Below are positions 20,061 to 30,071 of a stretch of DNA of 61,220 nucleotides, in pieces. The stretch lies in contig CAUQCZ010000001.1 of assembly GCA_963516335.1 (NCBI GenBank), positions 1 through 61,220 on the forward strand, read 5' to 3'. Position numbers and translations under genes: made by a program. Position 1 is the first letter of the stretch, and the number at the start of each line of letters is the position of its first letter. This DNA comes from an uncultured Campylobacter sp. (GTDB lineage: Bacteria > Campylobacterota > Campylobacteria > Campylobacterales > Campylobacteraceae). The notes under the pieces are model-generated. The model was not told where the DNA came from. It saw only the letters and a program-made list of their open reading frames with translations, and did no database searches.

Positions 20061-20726
20061 GTGATTATTTCAGCGGGGCGAAACGAGATATTTCCTTTCG
20101 CACTACCGATGGGAGTCGGGCTAGTGAATATGAGCATAAATTTGACGGCTCTTTTGCAAAAGCGAGCCATGGTTGATGGTTGCGGTAGATACGAGCAAAA
20201 TTTGGCGGCTAATCGGCAGCTTGACGGTAGGCTAAATTTGATAGATTCGCCTATTTTGCAAAGCGCAAAAACTTCACAAAACCCGGATAAAATTTTAAAC
20301 GCGCTGCCGAGTGAAATCATTTTTGTAGGCTCGGCAGGACTTTACAGAGATGGCGAAATTTTTGAAATTTACGAGAGCTCGGCTGCGGCAAACATCGAAA
20401 TTTCAAGCCTAGAAAATAAAAGCTATTCGCCAATAGAGGCCGAAATCGCTTCTATTGTTCCACGTGGAACATGCAAGGTAAATTCATCAAATTTCATCAC
20501 AACCGACCAAAATTTGGCTCATAAGCTTTTCGATCGCGGATATTTTTTAGAAAATATGGAATTTTTTGCCGTTCTTAAAGTCGCACAAAAATTTCAAATC
20601 CCGACTTACGGCATATTCGTAGCGACGAATTTTTGCGATAAAAATGCGCATACTGATTTTATAAAAAACCACGAACAAGCCAAAAAAGAGCTTGAAAAAT
20701 ACCTAAAACAAAAGGAAATCATTTGA
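20061..20726 (+). CDS. Nucleoside phosphorylase-like protein
   Basis: [23 protein letters not shown] and ATNFC motifs of the PNP/UDP phosphorylase fold. Confidence 0.7.
   Translation: MIISAGRNEIFPFALPMGVGLVNMSINLTALLQKRAMVDGCGRYEQNLAANRQLDGRLNLIDSPILQSAKTSQNPDKILNALPSEIIFVGSAGLYRDGEIFEIYESSAAANIEISSLENKSYSPIEAEIASIVPRGTCKVNSSNFITTDQNLAHKLFDRGYFLENMEFFAVLKVAQKFQIPTYGIFVATNFCDKNAHTDFIKNHEQAKKELEKYLKQKEII
20456..20471. promoter_or_regulatory. parS: parS centromere-like site (inside CDS)
   Basis: Perfect palindrome TGTTCCACGTGGAACA matching the parS consensus TGTTNCACGTGNAACA; about 19 kb from oriC. Confidence 0.85.
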
Positions 20727-21814
20727 AAAATTTGCTTGATTTTACATTAGAGGAGCTAAAAGAACAGCTCACGCCGCCGTTTCGTGCAAAGCAAATTTTC
20801 GAGTGGCTATACAAAAAAAACACAACGAGTTTTGATGAAATGCTAAATTTGCCGAAGGATCTGCGCGCAAATTTGGCGCAGGAGTTTTACCTCGACCCGC
20901 TAAAATGCGTCAAATTTGAGCAGAGCAACGACGGCTCGATCAAATATCTTTTTGAGCTCAAAGACGGACTGCGGATAGAAAGCGTACTGTTGCCGATGAA
21001 AGAGGAGCTCAGTGATGAAAACGGCGAAGTGGCGCGTCACGCTCGCTACACGATCTGCGTTAGTTCGCAGGTGGGCTGCCGCATGGGCTGTTCGTTTTGC
21101 CTAACGGGCAAGAGCGGACTAACGAGAAACCTTACGCCGGGTGAGATCGTAGGGCAAATTTTGTGGATAAAAAGAGAAAATAAAATCCCCTACGAGCGCC
21201 GCGTAAACGTCGTATATATGGGTATGGGCGAGCCTCTGGATAATCTAGAAAACGTTAGTAAAGCTATAAAAATTTTAAAAGAAAACGACGGGCTATCTAT
21301 CGCGCCGCGCCGCCAGACCGTTAGTACGAGCGGCCTAGGCAGCCAGATAAAAAAGCTCGGCGAGATGGATCTGGGCGTGCTGTTAGCGATATCTTTGCAC
21401 GCCGTTACTAACGAGCTTCGCAGTAAACTGATGCCGATAAACAATGCCTACAAAATCGAGTCCGTTATGGAAGCGGTGAGGGGCTTTCCGATCGATATGC
21501 GCAAGCGAGTGATGTTTGAGTACCTCGTCATAAAAGACATGAACGACGGTATAAAAGACGCCAAAAAGCTCGTTTCGCTGCTACACGGCATTAAGGCAAA
21601 GGTAAATTTGATCTACTTTAATCCGCACGAAGGCAGCGAATACGGACGCCCAAACACGGCCGATATGGAGGCATTTCAGACGTACCTGCGAGATCACGGC
21701 GTGACCTGCACCATCAGGCAAAGCAAGGGCCTTGACATCAGCGCGGCGTGCGGTCAGCTAAAAGAGCGCGACAATCAAACAAGCGGCAAAACAATAGCCA
21801 AGGCGGCAAAATGA
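20723..21814 (+). CDS. rlmN: 23S rRNA/tRNA m2A methyltransferase RlmN
   Basis: [32 protein letters not shown]. Confidence 0.96.
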   Translation: MKNLLDFTLEELKEQLTPPFRAKQIFEWLYKKNTTSFDEMLNLPKDLRANLAQEFYLDPLKCVKFEQSNDGSIKYLFELKDGLRIESVLLPMKEELSDENGEVARHARYTICVSSQVGCRMGCSFCLTGKSGLTRNLTPGEIVGQILWIKRENKIPYERRVNVVYMGMGEPLDNLENVSKAIKILKENDGLSIAPRRQTVSTSGLGSQIKKLGEMDLGVLLAISLHAVTNELRSKLMPINNAYKIESVMEAVRGFPIDMRKRVMFEYLVIKDMNDGIKDAKKLVSLLHGIKAKVNLIYFNPHEGSEYGRPNTADMEAFQTYLRDHGVTCTIRQSKGLDISAACGQLKERDNQTSGKTIAKAAK

Positions 21815-21915
21815 CGCTACTTGATATATCCCAGATAGTTTTCGTCTGCATCGTGGTTTTTGCGGGGCTCGGTCTAATCATAAAGACGGCTTTTTATGAT
21901 GAACGAAACCGATGA
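21811..21915 (+). CDS. Small hydrophobic protein, 34 aa ([34 protein letters not shown])
   Basis: ATGA overlap with the rlmN stop; single TM helix; below the ORF-track size cutoff. Confidence 0.65.
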   Translation: MTLLDISQIVFVCIVVFAGLGLIIKTAFYDERNR

Positions 21916-22225
21916 CATAGCATTCTTAAGAGAGCAGATAGACAGAGATAACGACGACTCGTTTTTCGTTTTACTCTATGATTTTTACTATTTCGATAAG
22001 AAAGTTTTTAAGAAAATCCTAAAAATCTGCCTAGAAACCGAGATAGAAGATAGAAATTTGCGTGCCGAAATTTTAGACATTTTACACTTTACGACCTATC
22101 TGATGCTCTGTCATCGCGATAAAAAGGATATGTATAAGATAAAAAATTTCAAAAAAGTCGAGAAAAAATTCGGCGATTATTTTCAGATCGTAAGGCAGAT
22201 CGGTAGGAAATTTATAACGGAGTAA
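21896..22225 (+). CDS. Hypothetical protein, immunity-protein-like
   Basis: 109-aa ORF rich in aromatic and charged residues (NDDSFFVLLYDFYYFD); family assignment is tentative. Confidence 0.55.
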   Translation: MMNETDDIAFLREQIDRDNDDSFFVLLYDFYYFDKKVFKKILKICLETEIEDRNLRAEILDILHFTTYLMLCHRDKKDMYKIKNFKKVEKKFGDYFQIVRQIGRKFITE

Positions 22226-22227
22226 CA

Positions 22228-23148
22228 ATGAACGCGCAAAAAATAATGGACGAAATCGACGTATTTTTAAGCAAATCGCTACTTAAAAAATCAAAGATAA
22301 CAAAAGCGCAAATCGTGGATTTCATAGAAACAAAATGGGCGGAAGCAGACGAGGAAAAGTACAAAATCTACGATGCATACATCTACGCGCATCGCATGAT
22401 AGACGAATACGAGGAGCTGAAAGACTGCGCCAACGTCCTGCGCTGGATCGATGAGATGTATAAGTGCGATAAGGCAAAAGATTGGCCGTCCTACGTGAAG
22501 GACTATTATAGGGGCGAGCGCTGTCTAGCCTGCGGTCAAAAAGAAGCGGCGCTAAAATATCTGCAAAAAAGCTACGAAGCGGATAGGGACTATGTCTTTG
22601 CCGGAGACGAACGCATAGCTAAATTTTTTAAAGATTATCTTGCAAATCCCGAAATTTTGCCTGAATTTATAGAAGAAGAGTATGGTGAAGATGAATTTGA
22701 GGATTTTGGCTTTGAGATAGAACTCCAGCATTTCGGTAAAATTTTAGAGCAAGGGGCAAAATTTTATTGCACATTTCTAAACAAAAAAGGCGATGAAGTA
22801 TACAAACCAAGCCGTACGCACTCAAACGCAGTTGATTTTTTAAGGCAAAATCAGGAGGAAATTTTAAACGAAATTTTGACCGAGATTTTTAAAAATTATC
22901 CAAAATGGCAAGAAATTTACGACTATCCGAGCGAGACAAAGAATGATTTTATGCCAAATATCTGCTCGCCGCACGAGCTTGGCAGGCTTTTGGAACTACA
23001 AAATATCTATGTCCTGCTTAGCGGCAAAACCGCGAAAATAGGCTTTGAGTTTAGTTGCTCGTGGGATATGGAGCACGGCTTAGGCGTGATGACGCAAAGC
23101 GGCAAAGTCCTAAAAATCGGTAGCGGCGAGACGGCATTCGGCTTTTAG
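22228..23148 (+). CDS. TPR-like N-terminus plus a C-terminal 'CxWDxEHGLGV' domain (DUF6985-like, putative immunity protein)
   Basis: YYRGERCLACGQKEAALKYLQKSY TPR-like helix pair; C-terminal IGFEFSCSWDMEHGLGVMTQSGKVLKIG. Confidence 0.6.
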   Translation: MNAQKIMDEIDVFLSKSLLKKSKITKAQIVDFIETKWAEADEEKYKIYDAYIYAHRMIDEYEELKDCANVLRWIDEMYKCDKAKDWPSYVKDYYRGERCLACGQKEAALKYLQKSYEADRDYVFAGDERIAKFFKDYLANPEILPEFIEEEYGEDEFEDFGFEIELQHFGKILEQGAKFYCTFLNKKGDEVYKPSRTHSNAVDFLRQNQEEILNEILTEIFKNYPKWQEIYDYPSETKNDFMPNICSPHELGRLLELQNIYVLLSGKTAKIGFEFSCSWDMEHGLGVMTQSGKVLKIGSGETAFGF

Positions 23149-23192
23149 CCTTTGGCTATAAATTTGCCCGGCCGCCACGCGCAAATTGATTT

Positions 23193-23555
23193 TTACTCGT
23201 CAAAGATTTTGTTTTTCGTATGATAAAAGTATAGATACAAAAGCCCCAGCGGCGCAATAATAAAAGTAAAACCGTAACAAAGCAGTATGGTTATAAATTT
23301 TGCTGCGAGTAAAAATAGCGCATTTACGAAAAATACGTTATCTCCAAATATAAAATCCGCGATGCTCTCATAAACAAAGCGAGAATACGGATACAAAAAG
23401 GTGTTTGCGATAAAGATAATATAGCTAAAAATTCGCTTATCGCCTCCGTTATACATAAGCGCTATAAACAAAGCCGTAAAGATAGCGCCGAAAAATAGCT
23501 GCCGCAGGTAATAAGATGCGCTAAGTCCGCCGAAGGTTTTTTTAATAAAACTCAT
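23193..23555 (-). CDS. Small polytopic membrane protein, hypothetical
   Basis: 120 aa with 3-4 TM helices; GAGGAG RBS upstream. Confidence 0.75.
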   Translation of the reverse strand: MSFIKKTFGGLSASYYLRQLFFGAIFTALFIALMYNGGDKRIFSYIIFIANTFLYPYSRFVYESIADFIFGDNVFFVNALFLLAAKFITILLCYGFTFIIAPLGLLYLYFYHTKNKIFDE

Positions 23556-23586
23556 AGAAAATACTCCTCAAATAAAATTTTGCATA

Positions 23587-23600
23587 ATTCTACCCCCCCC
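23587..23600 (-). promoter_or_regulatory. G8 homopolymer directly upstream of a -10 box (TAGAAT)
   Basis: Minus strand reads GGGGGGGG-TAGAAT, about 30 nt before the ATG at 23555. Confidence 0.55.
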
Positions 23601-23940
23601 ATAAATTTCCGCTTAATCCAATCGGTTGGTGCTAAAGCCCGTTTCCAGCCGTCTAAATTTAACGCACGGGCTAACTAACAGGGTTAAATTTACTAACTAA
23701 ATTTACGTTAGTTTATCTTGTTAGCTTTTTGCTAAAACCGAAACAGAGTAGGGCTACCAAGCAAGCAGACAAGCGCGCAATACCATATAGTAGAAATAAA
23801 AACGCTTTTTATGAGAGCGCATCGTACCTAATCATAGCTAAATTTTGCGGCATCTTTATTGTGCCGCAAGATTTTATAAAACTAGCGAACGGAAAATAAA
23901 ATATCGGTCGTAAAAACAGCCTGACAAATCGGCTTAAAAT

Positions 23941-24849
23941 CTATCCGTGCTTTACGAGTTTATAAAATTCCTCTTGTGCATCAAATTTGGATTTTATTTT
24001 GTGTTCTACGCCGTCAAATTTAAAGCTAATTTCATCCGAATGCAGCAGCAATCTCGGCGCGCCGGTCGTTAAAATTCGCTCGCTTTCGCTCATCTCTTTA
24101 TCTAAAATTTTCTCGATTTGTGGTCGCGTTAGACCGTAGAGCGGTTCACCTAAAATCTTATGTTCCACGTGGAACAAATGTAAGCGAATTTGATGCTGTC
24201 TGCCCGTGAGCGGTACGGCTCGCACCAGAGTCGCATCGATATCGGCAAAATACTCTATCGGCGAAATCTCCGTCACAGCGCTTTTGCCGTCCTTGCAAAT
24301 TCGCATTCGCATTTTCACGTCGTCATAATCGTTTGCTAGATCCATATTTGCCTCGATATGCAAATTTTCGCTTATCTTTCTCTGCGCGAGCGCGACGTAG
24401 CTTTTATAAACCTGTCTGTTTTCAAAAAGTTTTTTCAAATTTACGACCGCATTTTTGTCTTTGCCCACGACGATGAGTCCGCTAGTTTCACAGTCTAGAC
24501 GGTGCGCGACCGATGCCTCACGGCCGTAGAGCGACCAAATTTCGTCATTTAGCGAGTACTCGCAGTGTCTGCCGTTTGGGTGACTGAGCACGCCGCTAGG
24601 CTTATCGAAAACCGCAAATTTATCGCACTCAAAAATCGGCTTTAGCCCGCGCGGATTCGTCTCATACTCTATCAGGCAAATTTCGCCGTTTAGCAAGGCA
24701 TTTTTCTCACTGACGACCGCGCCGTCGCAGATAAGCCTACCTTTGTCGATTAGGCGCTGGGCTTCGCGCATTTTATAGCCGTTTTGCAATAAAATATCAT
24801 ACGCTTTTTGCCCTTTTGCATGCGTGATAAATTTATGAATATAAGGCAA
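23941..24849 (-). CDS. RluA-family pseudouridine synthase
   Basis: DKPSGVLSHP, HRLDCETSGL, TGRQHQIRLH, LLHS. Confidence 0.92.
   Translation of the reverse strand: MPYIHKFITHAKGQKAYDILLQNGYKMREAQRLIDKGRLICDGAVVSEKNALLNGEICLIEYETNPRGLKPIFECDKFAVFDKPSGVLSHPNGRHCEYSLNDEIWSLYGREASVAHRLDCETSGLIVVGKDKNAVVNLKKLFENRQVYKSYVALAQRKISENLHIEANMDLANDYDDVKMRMRICKDGKSAVTEISPIEYFADIDATLVRAVPLTGRQHQIRLHLFHVEHKILGEPLYGLTRPQIEKILDKEMSESERILTTGAPRLLLHSDEISFKFDGVEHKIKSKFDAQEEFYKLVKHG
24161..24176. promoter_or_regulatory. parS: parS centromere-like site (inside CDS)
   Basis: Second identical TGTTCCACGTGGAACA palindrome. Confidence 0.85.
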
Positions 24850-24973
24850 TTTTCACTCTTTAAATCTAAAATTTAAGGGCAAATTTAGCGGATACTAACC
24901 GCGATTTCAGCCCAGTTTTTATATAATCTTTCCTTAAAAAATTATACAAAAATTCACATAAAAAAGGCTAAAA

Positions 24974-26305
24974 ATGGTAGAGAGATATTCGCGCGAGCAA
25001 ATGGCGCAAAAGTGGGATATGCAGGCAAAATACGGTGCATGGCTGGAGGTCGAAAAGGCTGCGGTTAAGGCGTGGAATAAGCTGGGTTTCATCAGCGATG
25101 CGGACTGCGAGAAAATTTGCAAAAACGCAAAATTTGACGTAGCACGCATCGACGAGATCGAAAAGACGACCAAGCACGACGTGATCGCGTTTCTAACGAG
25201 CGTGAGCGAGAGCCTGGGCGATGAGAGCCGCTTCGTGCACTACGGCATGACTAGTAGCGACTGCATCGACACCGCCGTCGCGCTTCAGATCAAAAGCAGC
25301 ATGGAGCTCGTCATAGAGGACGTAAAAGGCCTCATGAGCGCGATCAAAACCAGAGCGCAGGAGCACAAAAACACGATGATGGTCGGCCGCAGCCACGGCA
25401 TCCACGGCGAGCCGATCACCTTCGGACTAGTTCTTGCGGTCTGGTACGACGAGGTCGCGCGCGCGCTAAAGCTACTGCAAGACGCCAAAGAGGTCGCCGC
25501 CTACGGCAAATTAAGCGGCGCGATGGGAAATTTCGCTCACGCACCGCTTGAATTTGAGGAGCTAACCTGCGAGCAGCTAGGCCTAAAACCCGCTCCCGCG
25601 TCAAACCAAGTCATCCAGCGCGACCGCTACGCCCACGTCATCAGCGCGATCGCCGTCCTAGCCGCCACCTGCGAAAAGATCGCCGTCGCCGTGCGCCACT
25701 TCCAAAGGACGGAAGTTTACGAGGCCGAGGAATACTTTAGCCCCGGTCAAAAGGGTTCCAGCGCGATGCCGCACAAGCGCAATCCCGTGCTTAGCGAAAA
25801 CATCACCGGCCTTTGCAGGATGCTGCGCTCATACGTGACGCCCGCGCTTGAAAACGTCGCGCTCTGGCACGAACGCGATATCAGTCACAGCTCGGTCGAG
25901 CGATTTATCCTGCCCGACGCCTTTATCACGGCCGATTTTATGCTCGCGCGCATTACGAATTTGATCGCAAATTTGGTAGTTTATCCGGAAAATATGATGA
26001 AAAATCTAAATTTGACCGGTGGGCTCGTCTTTTCGCAGCGCGTGCTTTTACAGCTTCCGCAGCGCGGAATCTCGCGCGAGGACGCGTACAAGATCGTCCA
26101 GCGCAACGCGATGAAGGTCTGGGCGGATCTGCAAGAGGGCAAAAAAGCGATAAACGAAAACGGCGAGAGTCTATTTTTACAAAATTTGCTCGCCGACGAG
26201 GAGCTACGCGCAAGCCTAGGAGAGTCCGAAATAAAAGGGTGCTTTGATTATGCGTATTATACGAGGCACGTGGATGGGATATTTAAAAGAGTATTCGGAA
26301 AGTAA
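24974..26305 (+). CDS. purB: Adenylosuccinate lyase
   Basis: HYGMTSSD, GRSHGIHGEP, GSSAMPHKRNP. Confidence 0.97.
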   Translation: MVERYSREQMAQKWDMQAKYGAWLEVEKAAVKAWNKLGFISDADCEKICKNAKFDVARIDEIEKTTKHDVIAFLTSVSESLGDESRFVHYGMTSSDCIDTAVALQIKSSMELVIEDVKGLMSAIKTRAQEHKNTMMVGRSHGIHGEPITFGLVLAVWYDEVARALKLLQDAKEVAAYGKLSGAMGNFAHAPLEFEELTCEQLGLKPAPASNQVIQRDRYAHVISAIAVLAATCEKIAVAVRHFQRTEVYEAEEYFSPGQKGSSAMPHKRNPVLSENITGLCRMLRSYVTPALENVALWHERDISHSSVERFILPDAFITADFMLARITNLIANLVVYPENMMKNLNLTGGLVFSQRVLLQLPQRGISREDAYKIVQRNAMKVWADLQEGKKAINENGESLFLQNLLADEELRASLGESEIKGCFDYAYYTRHVDGIFKRVFGK

Positions 26306-26322
26306 GCAATTTAGAGGTAAAA

Positions 26323-26886
26323 ATGGCAAATCAAAACCAAGTTAAAATAATAAAAAAAGATATTGAGATAGCACAAAAAATACTGGATAAAAAAAATATT
26401 GATAAAATTCAAGAATGTTTCATTAAACTAAAAGGTAAATACGAAGGTATTAAAGTTTCTACCTCTGGGGCCTATGATTATAATATGGGGGAAATTGATT
26501 ATAGTAAATTTATAAAATTTCTAGAATTATTTATTGAAAAATTAGAACAACTAGCAGCCAAACTACAAGATGAAGATGAAAAAATAGTGAGCTCAAATCA
26601 ATCAAATTCCGTTACAATAAACAATAATAATACAAACACTGCGAATACCAATATTACTCAAAATATTAGTATCAAAAGTACGATGGAAAAAATAAATCAA
26701 ATTCCAGATGAAATTCTTGCTAAAAATTTAAAGTATGAGTTAAAAGGAATGCTTGGTGAGCTTGAGAATTGCAAAAATAGTCAAGAAAAAAAATCAAAGC
26801 TAATGGAAGTCGTTAAATGGCTTGGAGATAAATCTGTTGATGCTTTTATCGCTTGTTTGCCGTATTTTGCTGGACTTGGCTTATAA
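26323..26886 (+). CDS. AT-rich hypothetical protein inserted between purB and nrdA
   Basis: 187-aa ORF with GAGG RBS, N-rich linker and helical C-terminal domain; strongly AT-rich. Confidence 0.75.
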   Translation: MANQNQVKIIKKDIEIAQKILDKKNIDKIQECFIKLKGKYEGIKVSTSGAYDYNMGEIDYSKFIKFLELFIEKLEQLAAKLQDEDEKIVSSNQSNSVTINNNNTNTANTNITQNISIKSTMEKINQIPDEILAKNLKYELKGMLGELENCKNSQEKKSKLMEVVKWLGDKSVDAFIACLPYFAGLGL

Positions 26887-26907
26887 AATTACAGATAAGG
26901 AAAAAAT

Positions 26908-29283
26908 TTGAAAGTACTAAAACGAAACGGGCGCACGGAAGAGCTTGACGTAAGCAAGATCAAAAAATACACGAGCGAGGCGGTTGCGGGGCTGGCAAAC
27001 GTGAGCCTAAGCGAGCTTGAGGTGGATGCGAAAATTCAATTTCGCGATATGATTACGACCGAGGAGATACAACAAACCCTCATCAAAACGGCTGTCGAAA
27101 AGATCGACATCGACCGTCCTAACTGGACCTTCGTAGCGGCGAGGCTATTTCTGTACGACCTTTATCACAAGGTCACTGGCTTTAGCGGCTACAACCACCT
27201 ACGCGACTATCTGCAAAAAGGCGAAAAAGCGGGCCGCATCATCCCGGGGCTAAAAGAAAAATACGATCTGGACGATCTAAACGACTACATTAGGCCCGAG
27301 CGCGACTTGCAGTTTGCATATCTAGGCATCAAGACGCTATACGACCGCTACCTGATCAAAGACCGCAGCGGCGCGCCGATAGAGCTTCCGCAGCAGATGT
27401 TTATGGCGATCGCTATGTTCCTCGCGCAAAACGAACTAGACTGCCAAGGCTGGGCTAAGAAATTTTACGACCTCATATCTAAATTTGAAGTAATGCTAGC
27501 CACGCCAACGCTCTCAAACGCAAGGACTACACGCCATCAGCTAAGCTCTTGCTACGTGGGAAGCACGCCCGATAATATCGAGGGAATTTTCGATAGTTAC
27601 AAAGAGATGGCCTTACTAAGCAAATTCGGCGGCGGTATCGGCTGGGATTGGTGCAAGGTGCGTGCTATGGGCGGCAGCATCGACGGACATAAAAACGCGG
27701 CCGGCGGCATCATCCCGTTTCTAAAAGTCACGAACGACATCGCCGTCGCCGTCGATCAGCTAGGCACGAGAAAGGGCGCGATAGCCGTCTACGTCGAGCC
27801 GTGGCACATGGACGTGGGCGACTTCCTGGATCTGCGCAAAAACTCGGGCGAGGAGCGCCGCAGAGCGCACGAGCTGTTCCCTGCGCTTTGGATAAACGAC
27901 CTTTTCATGAAACGCGTAAAAGAAAACGCACGCTGGAGCCTATTTGACCCCGCAGAGGTCGCCGATCTGTGCGATCTATACGGCGATGAGTTCGAGGCTC
28001 GTTACATAGCATACGAAAACGACGAAAAGATCCAAAAAAACGTCGTCATGGCAAAAGAACTGTGGAAGAAAATTTTAACTAGCTATTTTGAATCAGGCAT
28101 GCCGTTTTTGTGCTTTAAAGATAACGCAAACAAAGCCAATCCAAACGACCACGACGGCATCATCAGAAGCTCAAATTTATGCACCGAAATTTTCCAAAAT
28201 ACGCAACCAAACTATTACAAGATCAAGATCACGTTTGATAACGGCTCCGAGCGGCTATTTGACGAGGAAGAAGACGTCACCGTCGATAGCGGCATAACCA
28301 AAAAAGCCAAAAAGCTAAGCGCTCTAGATAGTATCGGCGGCGAGCAAATTTTCATCGTCGAAAAAGAAAGCCTCGAGGGCAAAACCGCCGTATGCAACCT
28401 CGCGAGCATAAATTTAAGCAAAATCAACAAAAAAGAGGACATCGAGCGCGTCGTGCCAATCGCCGTACGAATGCTAGATAACGTCATCGATCTAAATTTC
28501 TACCCGCACAAAAAGGTCAAACACACCAACCTAGCCTCCCGCTCGATCGGCCTTGGCGTCATGGGCGAGGCGCAGATGCTAGCCGAACGCGGCGTGAAAT
28601 GGGGCAGCTACGAGCACCTAGCGCTGATCGATAGCGTGATGGAAAATATTAGCTACAACGCCATCTACTCCAGCTCAAATTTGGCGGTAGAAAAGGGCGT
28701 GTATCCGCTTTTTGAAGGCTCGAAGTGGAGCAGGGGAGTGATGCCTATCGATACGGCAAACGCAAACGCCAAAGCGCTTCTAAACGATAGAGGCGGGCTA
28801 TTTGACGAGAACGCCTGCGATTGGAGCAAACTACGCGAAAAGGTCAAAAAAGACGGTATGCGAAACGGCTATCTGATGGCGATCGCGCCGACGTCGAGTA
28901 TCAGCATACTCGTAGGCACCACGCAGACGATTGAGCCCGTCTATAAGCGCAAATGGTTCGAGCACAACCTAAGCGGCATGATACCAAACGTCGTGCCGAA
29001 TCTCAGCCCTGAGACGTGGCAGTTCTACACGCCTGCTTATGAGCTAGATCAGCGCTTACTCGTGCGTGCCGGCGCCATCCGCCAAAAGTGGATCGACCAG
29101 GGACAGAGCCTAAATATTTTCATGAGCCTAGATAAAGCAAGCGGCGGATATCTGAGTGAAATTTACACGCTCGCGTGGGAGCTGGGACTAAAATCGACCT
29201 ACTATCTACGCTCCGAAAGCCCTGATAGCGAAAAACTAAACAACGTCGCCGATCGCTCGATCGAATGCGAGGGGTGTCAGTAA
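26908..29283 (+). CDS. nrdA: Class I ribonucleotide reductase alpha subunit
   Basis: ATP-cone (KRNGRTEE), ATPTLSN, LSSC, SNLCTEI, AVCNLAS, APTSSIS, TYYLR and C-terminal CEGC. Confidence 0.97.
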   Translation: MKVLKRNGRTEELDVSKIKKYTSEAVAGLANVSLSELEVDAKIQFRDMITTEEIQQTLIKTAVEKIDIDRPNWTFVAARLFLYDLYHKVTGFSGYNHLRDYLQKGEKAGRIIPGLKEKYDLDDLNDYIRPERDLQFAYLGIKTLYDRYLIKDRSGAPIELPQQMFMAIAMFLAQNELDCQGWAKKFYDLISKFEVMLATPTLSNARTTRHQLSSCYVGSTPDNIEGIFDSYKEMALLSKFGGGIGWDWCKVRAMGGSIDGHKNAAGGIIPFLKVTNDIAVAVDQLGTRKGAIAVYVEPWHMDVGDFLDLRKNSGEERRRAHELFPALWINDLFMKRVKENARWSLFDPAEVADLCDLYGDEFEARYIAYENDEKIQKNVVMAKELWKKILTSYFESGMPFLCFKDNANKANPNDHDGIIRSSNLCTEIFQNTQPNYYKIKITFDNGSERLFDEEEDVTVDSGITKKAKKLSALDSIGGEQIFIVEKESLEGKTAVCNLASINLSKINKKEDIERVVPIAVRMLDNVIDLNFYPHKKVKHTNLASRSIGLGVMGEAQMLAERGVKWGSYEHLALIDSVMENISYNAIYSSSNLAVEKGVYPLFEGSKWSRGVMPIDTANANAKALLNDRGGLFDENACDWSKLREKVKKDGMRNGYLMAIAPTSSISILVGTTQTIEPVYKRKWFEHNLSGMIPNVVPNLSPETWQFYTPAYELDQRLLVRAGAIRQKWIDQGQSLNIFMSLDKASGGYLSEIYTLAWELGLKSTYYLRSESPDSEKLNNVADRSIECEGCQ

Positions 29284-30039
29284 TGCAAGAAAAAATAGAC
29301 AATAGTATCGGAATATACTTTGAAGAAGATGATAAAAATATGGTAGAAAATTTTGAATTTCTTCAAAATTTTCTACAAAATATTATATATAGCTTTAAAG
29401 AAGAATCAGAATATTTTTTAACAAATGAGAATTTTTTCCCTTTACAGATAAAGAAAAACAGATTCTATCAGTTTTACTACCCGCAATACATCAAAATACT
29501 AAGAATGTTTGGGTAGAACAACGTTTTAAAAATAATAAAGGCAAAAACAGATTTTTTTGATGTAAGTACAATAGATAAAAATAATAATGTATATTTTGCA
29601 GAAATAAAACATTGTTATAAAAGTTATAGAAGTCCTAAACATAGTATAACAAAAAAGATATATAAAGAGTGGAATAATGCGATAACTCAAATCAATGACT
29701 TAATAAGAAATAATTTAAAAGAAGAATTTTATATGGATAAAATAGGAAATTTAGGTGGTATAGAGTAGCTTTAATGGTAATGCCAACTTATATTGGAAGT
29801 CCAAATATAAAAAAATACAAAGATCCTAAGAATAAAACAGAAGAAGAGTTAGTGGAATATTCAAAAAATGTATTTAGATATTTTTCCGAAGATCCACGAA
29901 TAAATTTAGAAAAAAACCGAGCATAGTTATGACTTATGCCATTAATGATTATAAAAACAAAGAAAATAAATTTAAAAATATACAAATATATCCGTTCGTA
30001 AGTTTTATAGCAAAAATAGAATTAGTAGAAGAAATTTAA
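29283..30039 (+). pseudogene. Frameshifted AT-rich gene, PD-(D/E)xK nuclease-like
   Basis: ATG overlaps the nrdA stop (TAATG). Four single-base frameshifts (T6 29432-29437, T7 29552-29558, about 29758, A7 29910-29916) join into one reading frame of about 250 aa containing E...RFFD-x12-EIK. Confidence 0.6.
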
Positions 30040-30066
30040 AGACCGCTATCGCGGTCTTTAAATTTC
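30031..30066. terminator. Bidirectional terminator
   Basis: GAAATTTAAAGACCGC-TATC-GCGGTCTTTAAATTTC between convergent genes. Confidence 0.8.
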
Positions 30067-30071
30067 GCAGC

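Noticed and set aside
28200..28390. Intein in NrdA between NLCTEI and AVCNL
   Set aside because: The insert is only about 55 aa, lacks intein N-terminal and His-Asn C-terminal signatures, and looks like a lineage-specific loop.
26908..29283. nrdA without adjacent nrdB as a novel RNR
   Set aside because: nrdA and nrdB are unlinked in Campylobacter, so absence from this window is uninformative.
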